Positions 1-10,354 of a stretch of 58,831 bases of DNA are shown piece after piece. The stretch spans positions 1 to 58,831 of the forward strand of contig JBAQWH010000652.1 in the NCBI GenBank assembly GCA_049298815.1. Reading direction: 5' to 3'. The notes under the pieces are model-generated. The model was given only the letters and a program-made list of their open reading frames with translations, was not told where the DNA came from and searched no databases. Both the position numbers and the translations under genes were made by a program. This stretch comes from Thermoanaerobaculia bacterium. Its GTDB lineage: Bacteria > Acidobacteriota > Thermoanaerobaculia > Gp7-AA8. The first letter of the stretch is position 1, and the number at the start of each line of letters is the position of its first letter.

Positions 1-22
1 GTTTTCACGATGTCGTCCCTGG

Positions 23-2482
23 TCAGTCGTCGAGCCTCAGCGCGGCGCGGAGCCTGCGCACGTCGAAGCGTGAGGCCTCCGGCTGCTGCTGCTCGGCGTT
101 TTCCAGTTGCCGGAGAATCAGATCGAGTCGCCGTCGCCCCGGGGCCGTGCGCGTCGCCTGGCGAGGGGTCTGGCCGCCCAGCGCAGGCAGCGGGACGTCG
201 ATCCACTGTTCGTAGTGATGCTCCTTGTACTCGCGAGCAACCGCCGCCTGCTCCGGGGTTTGCGGAGGACCGACGCTCGCCGGCCCGCGCAACGGGATGG
301 ACGGCCTGTTCCGCTCCCGGCTCTCTCCGCTCAGCATTCCTTGAAGCGCCTTCTTCACCGTGCGACGCAGCGCATTCGCCCGCTGCGTCGAGTTCGTCTC
401 GATGCGAAGCAGTCCGCTCGCGACGACGAGACGGCCAAGCACCGTGTCATCCGCGGCACGGACGATCGCGATCCCGGTCTCCTGCTCGTTCGAATCAGCT
501 GGTGCCGCTCCCTCGAGCGCAGCGAGGCGCCTCTCGACCTCCACACGGTGCGCGGGGTCGAAGCGGAACGAGTCGGTGACGAACGACAGAGGGTCGCCGT
601 CGGTGTTCGTCAGGCGGGGCGGCTTCGCGCGGCGGTCTTCCTCCGTGCGGACGGCCGCAGCCCACCGTTCGATGAGAAACGCTCCCGTCTTGAACTCGCG
701 GAGCCGGTCCGAAGGTACGGCCTTCTTCAGCAGACGCAGCTTCATGCGGATCTCGTCGACGACGTACGCGGCTGCGATCGGCGCCAGTGCGCGCCCGAAC
801 ATCCCTCCGAAGTACGTGGCGCTGCGATGGTCGACGATCCGTGCGTGGACCACGTCACGGACGACGAGCGTGCGCGACGCAAGCTCGTCGCGGACCGTCC
901 GCTCCTCGCCGGTGAGCAGGTCGCGCACGTCGATCGTCCCCGGCGCCACGCGCGTCACCTCGAACACGCTCAGCCAGGCGTTTCGCTGCGCCTCGAACCA
1001 TTCCCGCTCGTCCGCAGAAAGCCGCGCGCCGTTTCGCTCGAGGAACGCGTCCGCAATCCGCTGACCGTCGATCGTCGCGGTCCAGATCGTCCAGGGGATC
1101 ACGAGCGGAGCCGCCTCTTCGCCGGCCTCGACGGCTTTGGGGAATCGCGCCGGACCGAAGTTGCGCGAAGCGAAGACCGCGACCTCCATCGCGAGCCGGT
1201 GGTCCAGGTCATGGACCGACTCCACACGCGCATCCCGTGCTGCCAGGGAGTCGGCCTCGAGGTGGCACTTCTTGTATTTCTTTCCGCTCCCGCAGGGGCA
1301 GGGGTCGTTTCGGCCCACCTGCGGCTTCGGGATGTGCGGCTGCTGCGGACCAGGAGGTGGGGTTGGGCCAGTGATCAGGGACTTCCGTGGGAGAGAGTCG
1401 CTGGTCTCACTGACCACTGACCACTGGCCACTGGCCACCCCCCGCAGTTCGCCGGCCTCTCCCGTTCGAGCGTACGGCCCGGTGAGGACGACCTCGACGT
1501 CATCTTCGCCGCGGCTCGATTCCCTGACGTTCGCGAAGCTCCCCAGTTCGAACCAGTCGCGATGAAGCACGAGGAACGCTAGCAACGCCCGCACGCAGAC
1601 TGTGATGATCCGGACGTCCTCCTCGGAAATCTCCAGAGGCGTGAACGACGGCCCAAGACAGTAGAGCACCGGATACGCATTCGCCCCCGCGACTGCCCAC
1701 CGATGGCGCTCGACTTCGGCGACCATCGCGCGCGGGAGATCCCTTTTCCTGTCGAACGACAGCGATCGCAGCGTGACCACGCGCTGGCCGCCGTCAGCGA
1801 GATCCTCGCCCTCCAACGCACGACCGCCGCTCTCGGCGAAGCGTTCGAAGTCGTCAAGTGATCGGAAGAGCAGAATGCCGCGGCTCTCCCCTGCTTCACC
1901 GATCACACAGAGGCATGCGCCCTCGATCCCGAATCGCGGGATGTCGACGCGAAGGAGCTGCTCCTCGGTCGCGTAGCGCCACGGCGCAGTGCGGAACAGG
2001 AGACTCGCCGTCTGAAAGAGGTGCCCTAGCGCGTCGGTCGATACGTCACCGTCTCCGAAGTAGCTCGACTCGTTACCCTGCGACTCGAGACCCGGCCTGA
2101 TCTCCTCGAAGACCGCGTCGACCTCCGGCACGGGAGCGACGACGACCGCGAGGTCCGGGTAGCTGGCACGCAGTTCGGCAGCCATCGTTTCGTCGGCTAC
2201 GCGGATCCGGTGCGGCCGCCGAGGAGGGCCCTCCAGAGGTGCGTCCATCGTTGCAGCGAGTGACTGCGTGGCAGAGACCGGTTCCAGCGGGTTGACCAGC
2301 GTGATCCCCACGATCGGCCCGGACGGCTCGACCCAGAGGATCATCTCCGGGCGGATCACCGCGCTCCCCTCTCGAACCTCGGCGTTGGGGAAGTAGCGTC
2401 CTCCAGCCCATTCAGTCTCGGCGGCACCGGGACGAACGAATGCGAGGACCCGCTGCGAACTATCTCTCATGACTCGCCGCAA
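23..2482 (-). CDS. SEC-C motif protein, 819 aa, function unknown
   Basis: Uninterrupted 819-codon ORF with a CPCGSGKKYKKCH SEC-C-type zinc motif. Overlapping plus-strand ORFs are Arg/Ala/Ser-rich shadows typical of high-GC DNA. Confidence 0.7.
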   Translation of the reverse strand: MRRVMRDSSQRVLAFVRPGAAETEWAGGRYFPNAEVREGSAVIRPEMILWVEPSGPIVGITLVNPLEPVSATQSLAATMDAPLEGPPRRPHRIRVADETMAAELRASYPDLAVVVAPVPEVDAVFEEIRPGLESQGNESSYFGDGDVSTDALGHLFQTASLLFRTAPWRYATEEQLLRVDIPRFGIEGACLCVIGEAGESRGILLFRSLDDFERFAESGGRALEGEDLADGGQRVVTLRSLSFDRKRDLPRAMVAEVERHRWAVAGANAYPVLYCLGPSFTPLEISEEDVRIITVCVRALLAFLVLHRDWFELGSFANVRESSRGEDDVEVVLTGPYARTGEAGELRGVASGQWSVVSETSDSLPRKSLITGPTPPPGPQQPHIPKPQVGRNDPCPCGSGKKYKKCHLEADSLAARDARVESVHDLDHRLAMEVAVFASRNFGPARFPKAVEAGEEAAPLVIPWTIWTATIDGQRIADAFLERNGARLSADEREWFEAQRNAWLSVFEVTRVAPGTIDVRDLLTGEERTVRDELASRTLVVRDVVHARIVDHRSATYFGGMFGRALAPIAAAYVVDEIRMKLRLLKKAVPSDRLREFKTGAFLIERWAAAVRTEEDRRAKPPRLTNTDGDPLSFVTDSFRFDPAHRVEVERRLAALEGAAPADSNEQETGIAIVRAADDTVLGRLVVASGLLRIETNSTQRANALRRTVKKALQGMLSGESRERNRPSIPLRGPASVGPPQTPEQAAVAREYKEHHYEQWIDVPLPALGGQTPRQATRTAPGRRRLDLILRQLENAEQQQPEASRFDVRRLRAALRLDD

Positions 2483-2598
2483 ATTACCTCATGAGGGCGG
2501 GGGAAACGTAGGGGTCGTAGTCGGAACACGCGCGCCCAATTGGCAACGCGAGGCCAAGCCGAGACCGTCTCGGTCCTTGCGAGTGAATGACTTAAGGT

Positions 2599-2629
2599 GG
2601 GAGTTGGTAGCGACTACGGGATTCGACCC
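2599..2629 (-). repeat. att-like degenerate copy of tRNA-Glu 3' end plus trailer (copy 1 of 4)
   Basis: GGGAGTTGGTAGCGACTACGGGATTCGACCC aligns to 13106-13136 (trailer GGGAGT plus the tRNA 3' end). It differs by two substitutions and one deletion. Confidence 0.6.
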
Positions 2630-2761
2630 TCTGTGCGACGCGCCGTATCGCTCGTAGACTCAGTGGGTTATCGCCATCGCCGCGAATGGATTTGCCCGGA
2701 ATGTGCCCAAGCCTGTCGATCGACAGCCGACGGTTGGAAGCATCGACATGCCTGGTGAAAA

Positions 2762-3088
2762 TTACTGAGTGGACCCTTCGAGACGTTCGACGCGGGCCTG
2801 CAGGTCGGCAACCGCGTCTTCGAGCGAACGCATGCGGCGGTCGATCTCCACGTGAGAGAACTTGATCATCGCCTGGGTTTCGGCGGCAGTTCGGTCGATG
2901 TTTTCGTCGAGCCTTGTGGCGGTTCGGTCGAGTTTCTCGCGCAAGAGCAGAACGGACTCTGCTACGACTTGAATCTCCTTCCGCGTCCCTTCAGCAACAA
3001 CTTCGAAATGACGGCGGGTGTCGGAGTGCGCCGCAGCGTTCTCCTGCCTCATGGAGTCAAAGAGGCGCTTCAAATCGTCGTCGGTCAT
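2762..3088 (-). CDS. hypothetical coiled-coil protein, 108 aa
   Basis: Clean ORF with heptad-like charged sequence. A diverged 5' fragment of a homologous gene sits in the same position relative to the intact tRNA (12946-13074). Confidence 0.6.
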   Translation of the reverse strand: MTDDDLKRLFDSMRQENAAAHSDTRRHFEVVAEGTRKEIQVVAESVLLLREKLDRTATRLDENIDRTAAETQAMIKFSHVEIDRRMRSLEDAVADLQARVERLEGSTQ

Positions 3089-3399
3089 CGACGCAATTCT
3101 ACTCCGCGGGACCGTCGGGGGAGTTGGTAGCGCCTACGGGATTCGACGCCGTCGGTCCACAGAATCGAGGCACGTTGAATCAACAGGTTACGACTTCATG
3201 AAACTGCGAGTGTCCCCGAGATGTCCCAACTCGGATCACCGCTTCTTCAGCGGCGCTCGTGGATCTCTCGCGCGCGACGCGGATGACGGCTTCCGTCGTT
3301 TGCTCATCGACATCGGCCAGGCCTTCGTACTCGATGGAGTTCCGCTTTCGATGTGCGGCGTCGAGAACACGCCACTGTTCGGCCGCGAGGCTCAGCGTG
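3081..3399. repeat. 319-bp direct repeat, copy A (att-like fragment at 3119-3146 plus the 3' part of a HEPN-like gene)
   Basis: Aligns by eye to 10490-10807. There are about a dozen substitutions and two short indels. Confidence 0.85.
3180..3399 (-). pseudogene. truncated and frameshifted remnant of the HEPN-like gene (paralog of 10645-11055)
   Basis: The translation TLSLAAEQWRVLDAAHRKRNSIEYEGLADVDEQTTEAVIRVARE is identical to the C-terminal half of the 136-aa protein. The N-terminal ~80 codons are missing and a 2-nt indel changes the tail. Confidence 0.7.
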
Positions 3400-3553
3400 C
3401 CTGTCCGCCGCGGCCCGGAAAGTCCGCTCTCCACGGGGGCGGGGCGCTCCTGCGTTAAGATCGCGGCTCCTCTTCGGCAGCGAGATCACAACAGAATCGT
3501 CCGTCCCGGCGCCGGGTCGCAGGCGGTGCGGGGACTTCGCGGAGATTGACAGA

Positions 3554-6523
3554 ATGGCGTGGAGCAATCCCGGGCTGAAGCAGCCGCTCACGCTGCTCTG
3601 CTGCCTCTGCGTCCTCGCCGCGCTCCTCGTCCCCTCCCCCGGCCACGGCCATGCGAGCGACGGTCACGACCTTCGCCAGGCGCTGACGCAATACCGGATG
3701 GATGGCTGGAAGACGCAGCAGGGGCTTCCGATGGACACGGTCCAGTGCCTGCTCCAGACGCGCGACGGCTACCTCTGGATCGGCACCGGCGGCGGGCTGG
3801 CCCGCTTCGACGGCATCCGCTTCGTGACCTTCGAATCGGCCGGCGTCCCGCACCTCACCACGCGGGCGATTTTCGGCCTGATGGAAGACTCGCAGGGGCG
3901 TCTCTGGATCGGCCACTCGGAAGGCGCGACGGTCTACCGCAACGGCCGCTTCCAGAACATGTTCGGCAGCGAGCTCACGAACGGCCGCCGCGTCTGGGCG
4001 TTCGCGGAAGGGGCCGATGGAACGATCTGGGCGGCCACGGAGAACGGCCTCGTGCGATGGCACGATGGGGCGACACGTGTCTATCGCGTGGAGGACGGCC
4101 TCCCGACGAATCGCCTGCGCTCGCTGGCGATGGCCCGCGACGGGACGCTCTGGCTGGGATCCACCGGCGGCGGGCTCGTCTCGTTCGCGAACGAGCGGTT
4201 CGCGGCGTTGACCCCGGCCACCGGCTTTCCTCACCTGGAAGTCCGCTCGGTACTCGCCGATCCAGCTGGAGGAGTCTGGGCGGCGACCGCAGGAGGAGGC
4301 CTCGCGCGGGTCGATGGCGGCCGGATCACCAGATGGGCCGAAGCCGACGGGCTTCCGACGAGTCAGCTGACGTCCCTCTCCCGCGACTCGCGCGGCTCCC
4401 TCTGGATCGGAACCTGGGGCGCCGGCCTCTGTCGCATGCAGGACGGGCGCTTCACATCGATCTCGACCGAGGGGGGTCTCGGCGGCGGTCAGATCTGGTC
4501 GGTGCACGCGGATCGGGAAGACAGCATCTGGGTCGGCACGTGGGTCGGCGGCTTGAACCGGCTCCGCGACCGCGAGTTCCTCGTGCTCGGCGCTCCTGAG
4601 GGGTTGTCGCACGACAACGTCCGTTCGGTGCTGCGCGCGCGCGATGGCGCCATGTGGGTCTCGACGGCCGGCGGGGGCGTGAACCGGATCGATGACGGCG
4701 CGATCACCACCATCCGGAAACGTGACGGACTTCCCACCGAGGAGACGTCGAGCCTGATGGAAGATCGCGACGGAGCGATCTGGATCGGCACCTACACCTC
4801 CGGCGTGGTCCGGATCAAGAACGGCCGCATCGACACCTGGGGCAAGGACGAGGGCCTCCCGCACCTCGGCGTTCGCGCGCTGATGCAGGATCGGACCGGC
4901 GCGATCTGGGCCGGCACGATGGGCGGCGTCGCCCGCTTCGACGGACGCCGCTTCACCCCTCTCAGCGGCGGCGCACCGCCCGAAGGCGCCACGACGATGC
5001 TCGAGACTCGTGACGGCACCCTCTGGTTCGGCACGACCGGAGATGGACTGTTCCGCTATCGCGATGGCGTCTTCCGCTCCTTCACGAGGAAAGACGGCCT
5101 GGTGTCGAACTGGGTCATGTCGCTTCATGAAGACGAGGCCGGCAGCCTCTGGATCGGCACGAACGGCGAAGGGTTGAACCGGCTCCGCAACGGACGGATC
5201 ACCGCCATCCGTCCTGAAGACGGTCTATGGGATGGCGTAGTCCAGGCGATCTTCGAGGACCGCGGTGGTCACCTCTGGATGACGTGCAACCGCGGGGTCT
5301 TCCGGATTGCGCGTGCTGAGCTCGACGCGTTTGCGGAGGGGCGCGCGGCGCGCGTGACGTCGGTCGTGTTCGGGCCGGGGCATTCGCTCCGCAGCACGAC
5401 CTTCGCGGGAGGCCATCAGCCCGCGGGAGCATTCGACGCGGAAGGGCACCTCTGGCTTCCGACGTTCAGCGGCCTGGTCATCGTCGACCCCGCACGGCTC
5501 CCCGGCTCCGGTCAGCCGCCTTCGGTGCATCTCGAGGAGGTTTTCGTCAGCGGCGTCGCGCAGTCGCCGCACGAGAACGTGACGCTCCCTCCAGGCTCGG
5601 TTCCTCTCTGGATCCGCTACACGAGCACGACGCTCTACGACGCCGACCGCGTCCGCTTCCGCTACCGCATGGACGGCACACCGGGAGGATGGGTGGACGT
5701 GGGGCGGAACCGCGAGGCCTTCTTCCCGACGCTGCCGCACGGCTCGTATCGATTCCGCGTGGCCGCGTCCACCGACGGCATCCGCTGGCGGGAAGCATCG
5801 ACCTCGCTCGTCATCGACGTGCGTCCGCATTTCTTTCAGACGCGATGGTTCATCGGTGTGGCCATCCTCTCCGTGCTCGCGCTGCCTGCCCTGATCTGGC
5901 ATCTGCGCATGCGCCAGTTCCGCGCACGCCACGTGGAGATGGAACGCCTGGTGGCGGAGAAGACCGAAGAGCTGCGGCTCGCGAACGAGCACCTGGCGCG
6001 GCTCTCGTTCGTCGACTCGCTGACCGGGCTGGCGAACCGCCGCCGCTTCGACGAAGCGCTCGAGGAGGAGTGGAACCGCGCCATGCGTTTCCGATCGCCC
6101 ATCGCACTGCTGGTGGCGGACGTCGACCTCTTCAAGAACTACAACGACGCGCTCGGCCACGTGGAAGGGGACCGTTGCCTGACGGCCGTGGCCAGGGTGT
6201 TTCTACAGGCGGCCCGGCGGTCCGGAGATCTGGTGGCGCGATACGGCGGCGAGGAGCTCGTCTGCCTCGTCCCAGGCGCCGACCGGACTGCCGCCCTCGC
6301 TCTGGCCGAATCTCTCCGAAGCTCCGTCGAAGCTCTCGGCATCCCGCACCCCGCCTCCCCCGTCAGCCGCGTCGTCACCATCAGCCTCGGCGTCGCGGCG
6401 ATTGTGCCGTCCATCGGGACGTCGAGCAGCTCGCTGGTCGAGGAAGCCGATGCCTCCCTCTACCGGGCCAAGCGCGAGGGGCGCAATCGCGTCGCCTTCG
6501 CGGAGGACTCAGGACCGGCGTGA
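3554..6523 (+). CDS. sensor diguanylate cyclase (periplasmic beta-propeller repeats, Y_Y_Y-like region, TM helix, GGDEF domain)
   Basis: The start was moved to the ATG before the signal-like MAWSNPGLKQPLTLLCCLCVLAALL. There are many repeats of the LWIGT/GGL.R type, a TM segment WFIGVAILSVLALPALIW, and a C-terminal GGDEF domain with RYGGEELV. Confidence 0.85.
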   Translation: MAWSNPGLKQPLTLLCCLCVLAALLVPSPGHGHASDGHDLRQALTQYRMDGWKTQQGLPMDTVQCLLQTRDGYLWIGTGGGLARFDGIRFVTFESAGVPHLTTRAIFGLMEDSQGRLWIGHSEGATVYRNGRFQNMFGSELTNGRRVWAFAEGADGTIWAATENGLVRWHDGATRVYRVEDGLPTNRLRSLAMARDGTLWLGSTGGGLVSFANERFAALTPATGFPHLEVRSVLADPAGGVWAATAGGGLARVDGGRITRWAEADGLPTSQLTSLSRDSRGSLWIGTWGAGLCRMQDGRFTSISTEGGLGGGQIWSVHADREDSIWVGTWVGGLNRLRDREFLVLGAPEGLSHDNVRSVLRARDGAMWVSTAGGGVNRIDDGAITTIRKRDGLPTEETSSLMEDRDGAIWIGTYTSGVVRIKNGRIDTWGKDEGLPHLGVRALMQDRTGAIWAGTMGGVARFDGRRFTPLSGGAPPEGATTMLETRDGTLWFGTTGDGLFRYRDGVFRSFTRKDGLVSNWVMSLHEDEAGSLWIGTNGEGLNRLRNGRITAIRPEDGLWDGVVQAIFEDRGGHLWMTCNRGVFRIARAELDAFAEGRAARVTSVVFGPGHSLRSTTFAGGHQPAGAFDAEGHLWLPTFSGLVIVDPARLPGSGQPPSVHLEEVFVSGVAQSPHENVTLPPGSVPLWIRYTSTTLYDADRVRFRYRMDGTPGGWVDVGRNREAFFPTLPHGSYRFRVAASTDGIRWREASTSLVIDVRPHFFQTRWFIGVAILSVLALPALIWHLRMRQFRARHVEMERLVAEKTEELRLANEHLARLSFVDSLTGLANRRRFDEALEEEWNRAMRFRSPIALLVADVDLFKNYNDALGHVEGDRCLTAVARVFLQAARRSGDLVARYGGEELVCLVPGADRTAALALAESLRSSVEALGIPHPASPVSRVVTISLGVAAIVPSIGTSSSSLVEEADASLYRAKREGRNRVAFAEDSGPA

Positions 6524-6904
6524 GACTCACCCTGCATCAGCGCGCGACGATCGCGGCTGGACGGAGACGCTCCTCTCGACGCGATCACCGCAGCCGGTCG
6601 CACAGTTGCTGGAAATGAATCGCTTCGACGACGCCAGCTCGACAAACCGTATGAACGCGATCGCGGCGGCTTCAGCGGCCGAGCATGGCGTAAGTTTCGG
6701 AGCTGGCCTGGGCCCGTGCCCCGAGCTCGTGTCGGAGGACCTCGGCTTCCGGGACTCGGTTAGGAGTGAGATCCTCGGACGGCGGCATACGCGTTGCTTG
6801 TATCGATGGGTTCCCCCTCAGGAGAGCTTGTCGGACCGTCGGTGGTGTGACCGCTGACGAACCTGGCTCGTCCGTCCTTCGAAGCGGAGAAGAGAGCAGG
6901 AATC

Positions 6905-9900
6905 ATGACTGCGTTGGGGAAAGCGCCTGGTCCTCCCGGCGTCCGTTCACGGCGGAAGAGAGCGGACCGCACGGCGGCCGCCGTCACAGAAGTCAGGCGC
7001 AACGAGGCTATTCTCAAGACGGGAGCGCTCCAGAACGCGATTCTCAATAGCGCGAACTTCTCGAGCATCGCGACCGACGAGAAGGGCGTCATCCAGCTTT
7101 TCAACGTGGGTGCGGAGCGCATGCTGGGTTACGACGCGCTCGAAGTCGTCGACCGGATCACGCCGGCAGACATCTCGGACCCGCAGGAAGTGATCGCGCG
7201 TGCTCGCGCGCTGAGCCACGAGCTCGGGACCCCGATTACGCCCGGTTTCGAAGCCCTGGTCTTCAAGGCCTCGCGCGGGATCGAGGACATCTACGAGCTG
7301 ACCTACATCCGCAAGGACGGGAGCCGCTTTCCGGCCATCGTCTCGGTGACGGCGCTGCGCGACGCGGCAGACGCGATCATCGGATATCTGCTCATCGGTA
7401 CCGACAACACCGCACGCAAGCAGGCGGAAGAGGCGCTGCTGAAAGCAGGTGCGTTGCAGAACGCGATCTTCAACAGCGCCAACTTCTCGAGCATCGCCAC
7501 CGATGCGAAGGGCGTCATTCAGATCTTCAACGTCGGCGCCGAGCGCATGCTCGGCTACGCGGCCGCGGAAGTCCTGGACAAGATCACGCCGGCCGACATC
7601 TCCGATCCGCAGGAAGTGATCGCGCGTGCCACCGCCTTGAGCCTCGAGCTCGGGACTCCGATTACGCCCGGTTTCGAAGCCCTGGTCTTCAAGGCCTCGC
7701 GCGGGATCGAGGACATCTACGAGCTGACCTACATCCGCAAGGACGGCAGTCGCTTCCCAGCCATCGTCTCGGTGACGGCGCTACGCGACGCAGAGGACGC
7801 GATCATCGGGTATCTGCTCATCGGCACCGACAACACCGCCCGCAAGCAGGCGGAAGAGGCGCTGCTGAAAGCAGGTGCACTGCAGAGCGCGATCTTCAAC
7901 AGCGCCAACTTCTCGAGCATCGCCACCGATGCCAATGGCGTCATTCAGATCTTCAACGTCGGCGCCGAACGGATGCTCGGCTACACGGCCGCCGAGGTGA
8001 TGAACAGGATCACGCCGGCCGACATCTCCGATCCGCAGGAAGTGATCGCGCGCGCCACCGCCTTGAGCCTCGAGCTCGGAACCCCGATTACGCCCGGTTT
8101 CGAAGCCCTGGTCTTCAAGGCCTCGCGCGGGATCGAGGACATCTACGAGCTGACCTACATCCGCAAGGACGGGAGTCGCTTCCCAGCCATCGTCTCGGTG
8201 ACGGCGCTACGCGACGCAGAGGACGCCATCATCGGGTATCTGCTCATCGGCACCGACAACACCGCACGCAAGCAGGCGGAAGAAGCGCTGCTCAAAGCAG
8301 GTGCGTTGCAGAACGCGATCTTCAACAGCGCCAACTTCTCGAGCATCGCCACCGATGCGAAGGGCGTCATACAGATCTTCAACGTCGGCGCCGAGCGCAT
8401 GCTCGGCTACACGGCGGCGGAAGTGCTGGACACGATCACTCCGGCCGACATCTCCGATCCGCAGGAAGTGATCGCGCGCGCCAAGGCCTTGAGCCTCGAG
8501 CTCGAAACGACGATTACGCCGGGCTTCGAGGCATTGGTTTTCAAGGCCTCGCGCGGGATCGAGGACATTTACGAGCTGACCTACATCCGCAAGGACGGGA
8601 GTCGCTTCCCGGCCATCGTATCCGTCACGGCGCTGCGCGACGCTCAGAACGCAATCATCGGTTATCTCCTCATTGGCACCGACAACACCGCCCGCAAGCA
8701 GGTCGAAGCGGAGCAGATGAGGCTCGATCAGCGGCTGCGCGATCAGCAGTTCTACACGCGTTCTCTCATTGAATCCAACATCGACGCGCTGATGACCACC
8801 GATCCGGCCGGCATCATCACGGACGTGAACAAACAGATGGAGGCGCTCACGGGGTGTACGCGTGACGAGTTGATCGGCGCGCCGGTCAAGAACTACTTCA
8901 CCGATCCGAATCGGGCTCAGGCGGTCATCAAACTGGTGCTGAGCGAAAAGAAGGTCACCAACTACGAGCTCACGGCAAGAGCCAGAGACGGCAAGGAAAC
9001 CGTGGTGTCCTACAACGCGACCACCTTCTATGACCGGGAACGAAGGCTTCAAGGTGTGTTCGCCGCCGCGCGCGACGTGACCGAGAGCAAACGCCTCGAT
9101 CAGGTGCTGCAGGAAAAGAACATCGAGCTGGAGAGCGCGAGGTTCGTGGCGGAGAAGGCGAATCTCGCCAAATCGGATTTCCTTTCCAGCATGAGCCACG
9201 AGCTTCGCTCCCCGCTCAACGCGATTCTCGGGTTCGCTCAGCTGATGGAGTCGGATGCGCCGCCTCCAACGTCCTCTCAGAACGAGAGCATCAGCCAGAT
9301 CCTCCATGCCGGGTGGTATCTGCTCGATTTGATCAACGAAATCCTCGACCTGGCACTCATCGAGTCCGGGAAGCTCTCCATGTCCCTCGAACCGGTCTCG
9401 CTGGTCGATGTGATGCTCGAATGCCAGTCGATGATCGAGCCTCTGGCTCTGAAGCGCGGCATCAACATGACCTTTCCCGTGTTCGATGTGCCGCAGTCGG
9501 TCAAGGCGGACCGAACCCGCCTCAAACAGGTCCTGATCAATCTCCTCACGAATGCGATCAAGTACAACGAGGTCGGAGGCGCGGTGGTCGTGGAGTGCTC
9601 TGCCACGACGACTCCGGGCAAGATCCGCATCACGGTGACAGACACCGGTCTGGGTCTCGCGCCGGAGAAGCTGACTCAGCTCTTCCAGCCGTTCAATCGG
9701 CTTGGGCAGGAAGCAGGTGGAGAGGAAGGGACCGGCATCGGCCTCGTCGTCAGCAAGCGGCTCGTGGAACTGATGGAAGGTGTCATTGGTGTCGCGAGCA
9801 CAGTGGGCCGCGGCAGTGTGTTCTGGGTGGAGCTGCTCTCGACTGCGCCGCGGTCGCTTCCCACGCATGTCGAGACGATCGCGGTCTTACCGCCGGCAGC

Positions 9901-10312
9901 GGCGAGCGCCACGCATCTTCGGACCCTGCTTTACGTCGAGGACAATCCGGCGAACCTGAAGCTGGTCGAGAAGCTCATCAGCCGCCGTCATGACCTGCGT
10001 CTGCTGAGCGCGGTCGATGGGAATCGCGGTGTGGAGGCCGCTCGCAAATACCAGCCAGACGTCATTCTGATGGACATCAACCTTCCTGGCATCAGCGGCA
10101 TCGAGGCGTTGCAAATCCTCAGCGCTGACCCGGCAACCGCGCACATTCCGGTTGTGGCTCTCAGCGCCAATGCCATCCCGCGTGACATTCAGAAGGGATT
10201 GGAAGCGGGATTCTTCCGCTACCTCACGAAGCCCATCAAGGTCCCCGAGTTCATGGACGCCCTCAACGTGGCGCTGGAATTCGCCGAAGCCGAACACGCC
10301 CGGATCAGCTGA
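6905..10312 (+). CDS. hybrid sensor histidine kinase with five PAS units, HisKA, HATPase_c and a C-terminal receiver
   Basis: H-box SHELRSPLNAILGF. N and G boxes LLTNAIKYN, DTGLGL and GTGIGL. Receiver motifs LLYVEDNPANL, MDINLPG and LTKP. The exact start is uncertain. Confidence 0.9.
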   Translation: MTALGKAPGPPGVRSRRKRADRTAAAVTEVRRNEAILKTGALQNAILNSANFSSIATDEKGVIQLFNVGAERMLGYDALEVVDRITPADISDPQEVIARARALSHELGTPITPGFEALVFKASRGIEDIYELTYIRKDGSRFPAIVSVTALRDAADAIIGYLLIGTDNTARKQAEEALLKAGALQNAIFNSANFSSIATDAKGVIQIFNVGAERMLGYAAAEVLDKITPADISDPQEVIARATALSLELGTPITPGFEALVFKASRGIEDIYELTYIRKDGSRFPAIVSVTALRDAEDAIIGYLLIGTDNTARKQAEEALLKAGALQSAIFNSANFSSIATDANGVIQIFNVGAERMLGYTAAEVMNRITPADISDPQEVIARATALSLELGTPITPGFEALVFKASRGIEDIYELTYIRKDGSRFPAIVSVTALRDAEDAIIGYLLIGTDNTARKQAEEALLKAGALQNAIFNSANFSSIATDAKGVIQIFNVGAERMLGYTAAEVLDTITPADISDPQEVIARAKALSLELETTITPGFEALVFKASRGIEDIYELTYIRKDGSRFPAIVSVTALRDAQNAIIGYLLIGTDNTARKQVEAEQMRLDQRLRDQQFYTRSLIESNIDALMTTDPAGIITDVNKQMEALTGCTRDELIGAPVKNYFTDPNRAQAVIKLVLSEKKVTNYELTARARDGKETVVSYNATTFYDRERRLQGVFAAARDVTESKRLDQVLQEKNIELESARFVAEKANLAKSDFLSSMSHELRSPLNAILGFAQLMESDAPPPTSSQNESISQILHAGWYLLDLINEILDLALIESGKLSMSLEPVSLVDVMLECQSMIEPLALKRGINMTFPVFDVPQSVKADRTRLKQVLINLLTNAIKYNEVGGAVVVECSATTTPGKIRITVTDTGLGLAPEKLTQLFQPFNRLGQEAGGEEGTGIGLVVSKRLVELMEGVIGVASTVGRGSVFWVELLSTAPRSLPTHVETIAVLPPAAASATHLRTLLYVEDNPANLKLVEKLISRRHDLRLLSAVDGNRGVEAARKYQPDVILMDINLPGISGIEALQILSADPATAHIPVVALSANAIPRDIQKGLEAGFFRYLTKPIKVPEFMDALNVALEFAEAEHARIS
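7004..8707 (+). repeat. four tandem 426-bp (142-aa) near-identical PAS-coding units
   Basis: Unit starts at 7004, 7430, 7856 and 8282. Each unit runs from EALLKAGALQNAIFNSANFSSIATD to LLIGTDNTARKQAE, with only scattered substitutions between units. Confidence 0.9.
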
Positions 10313-10354
10313 TCTTCTCGATGCGAGGATCCTGATCGTCGACGACCAGGAGAG

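Noticed and set aside
3455-5128. Very long antisense or alternative-frame ORFs over real genes (for example 3455-5128, 107-1420, 5225-6160, 8207-9868, 11837-12757, 27457-28026).
   Set aside because: Their translations are Arg/Ala/Gly/Pro-rich low-complexity strings with no motifs. They fully overlap ORFs that have clear domain signatures. This is typical shadow-ORF behaviour in high-GC DNA.
7004-8707. Regular tandem repeats (the 426-bp units here and the about 175-bp units at 15302-17221) considered as a possible CRISPR or satellite array.
   Set aside because: The units are contiguous with no unique spacers, are far longer than CRISPR repeats, and translate in frame into PAS and NHL protein repeats.
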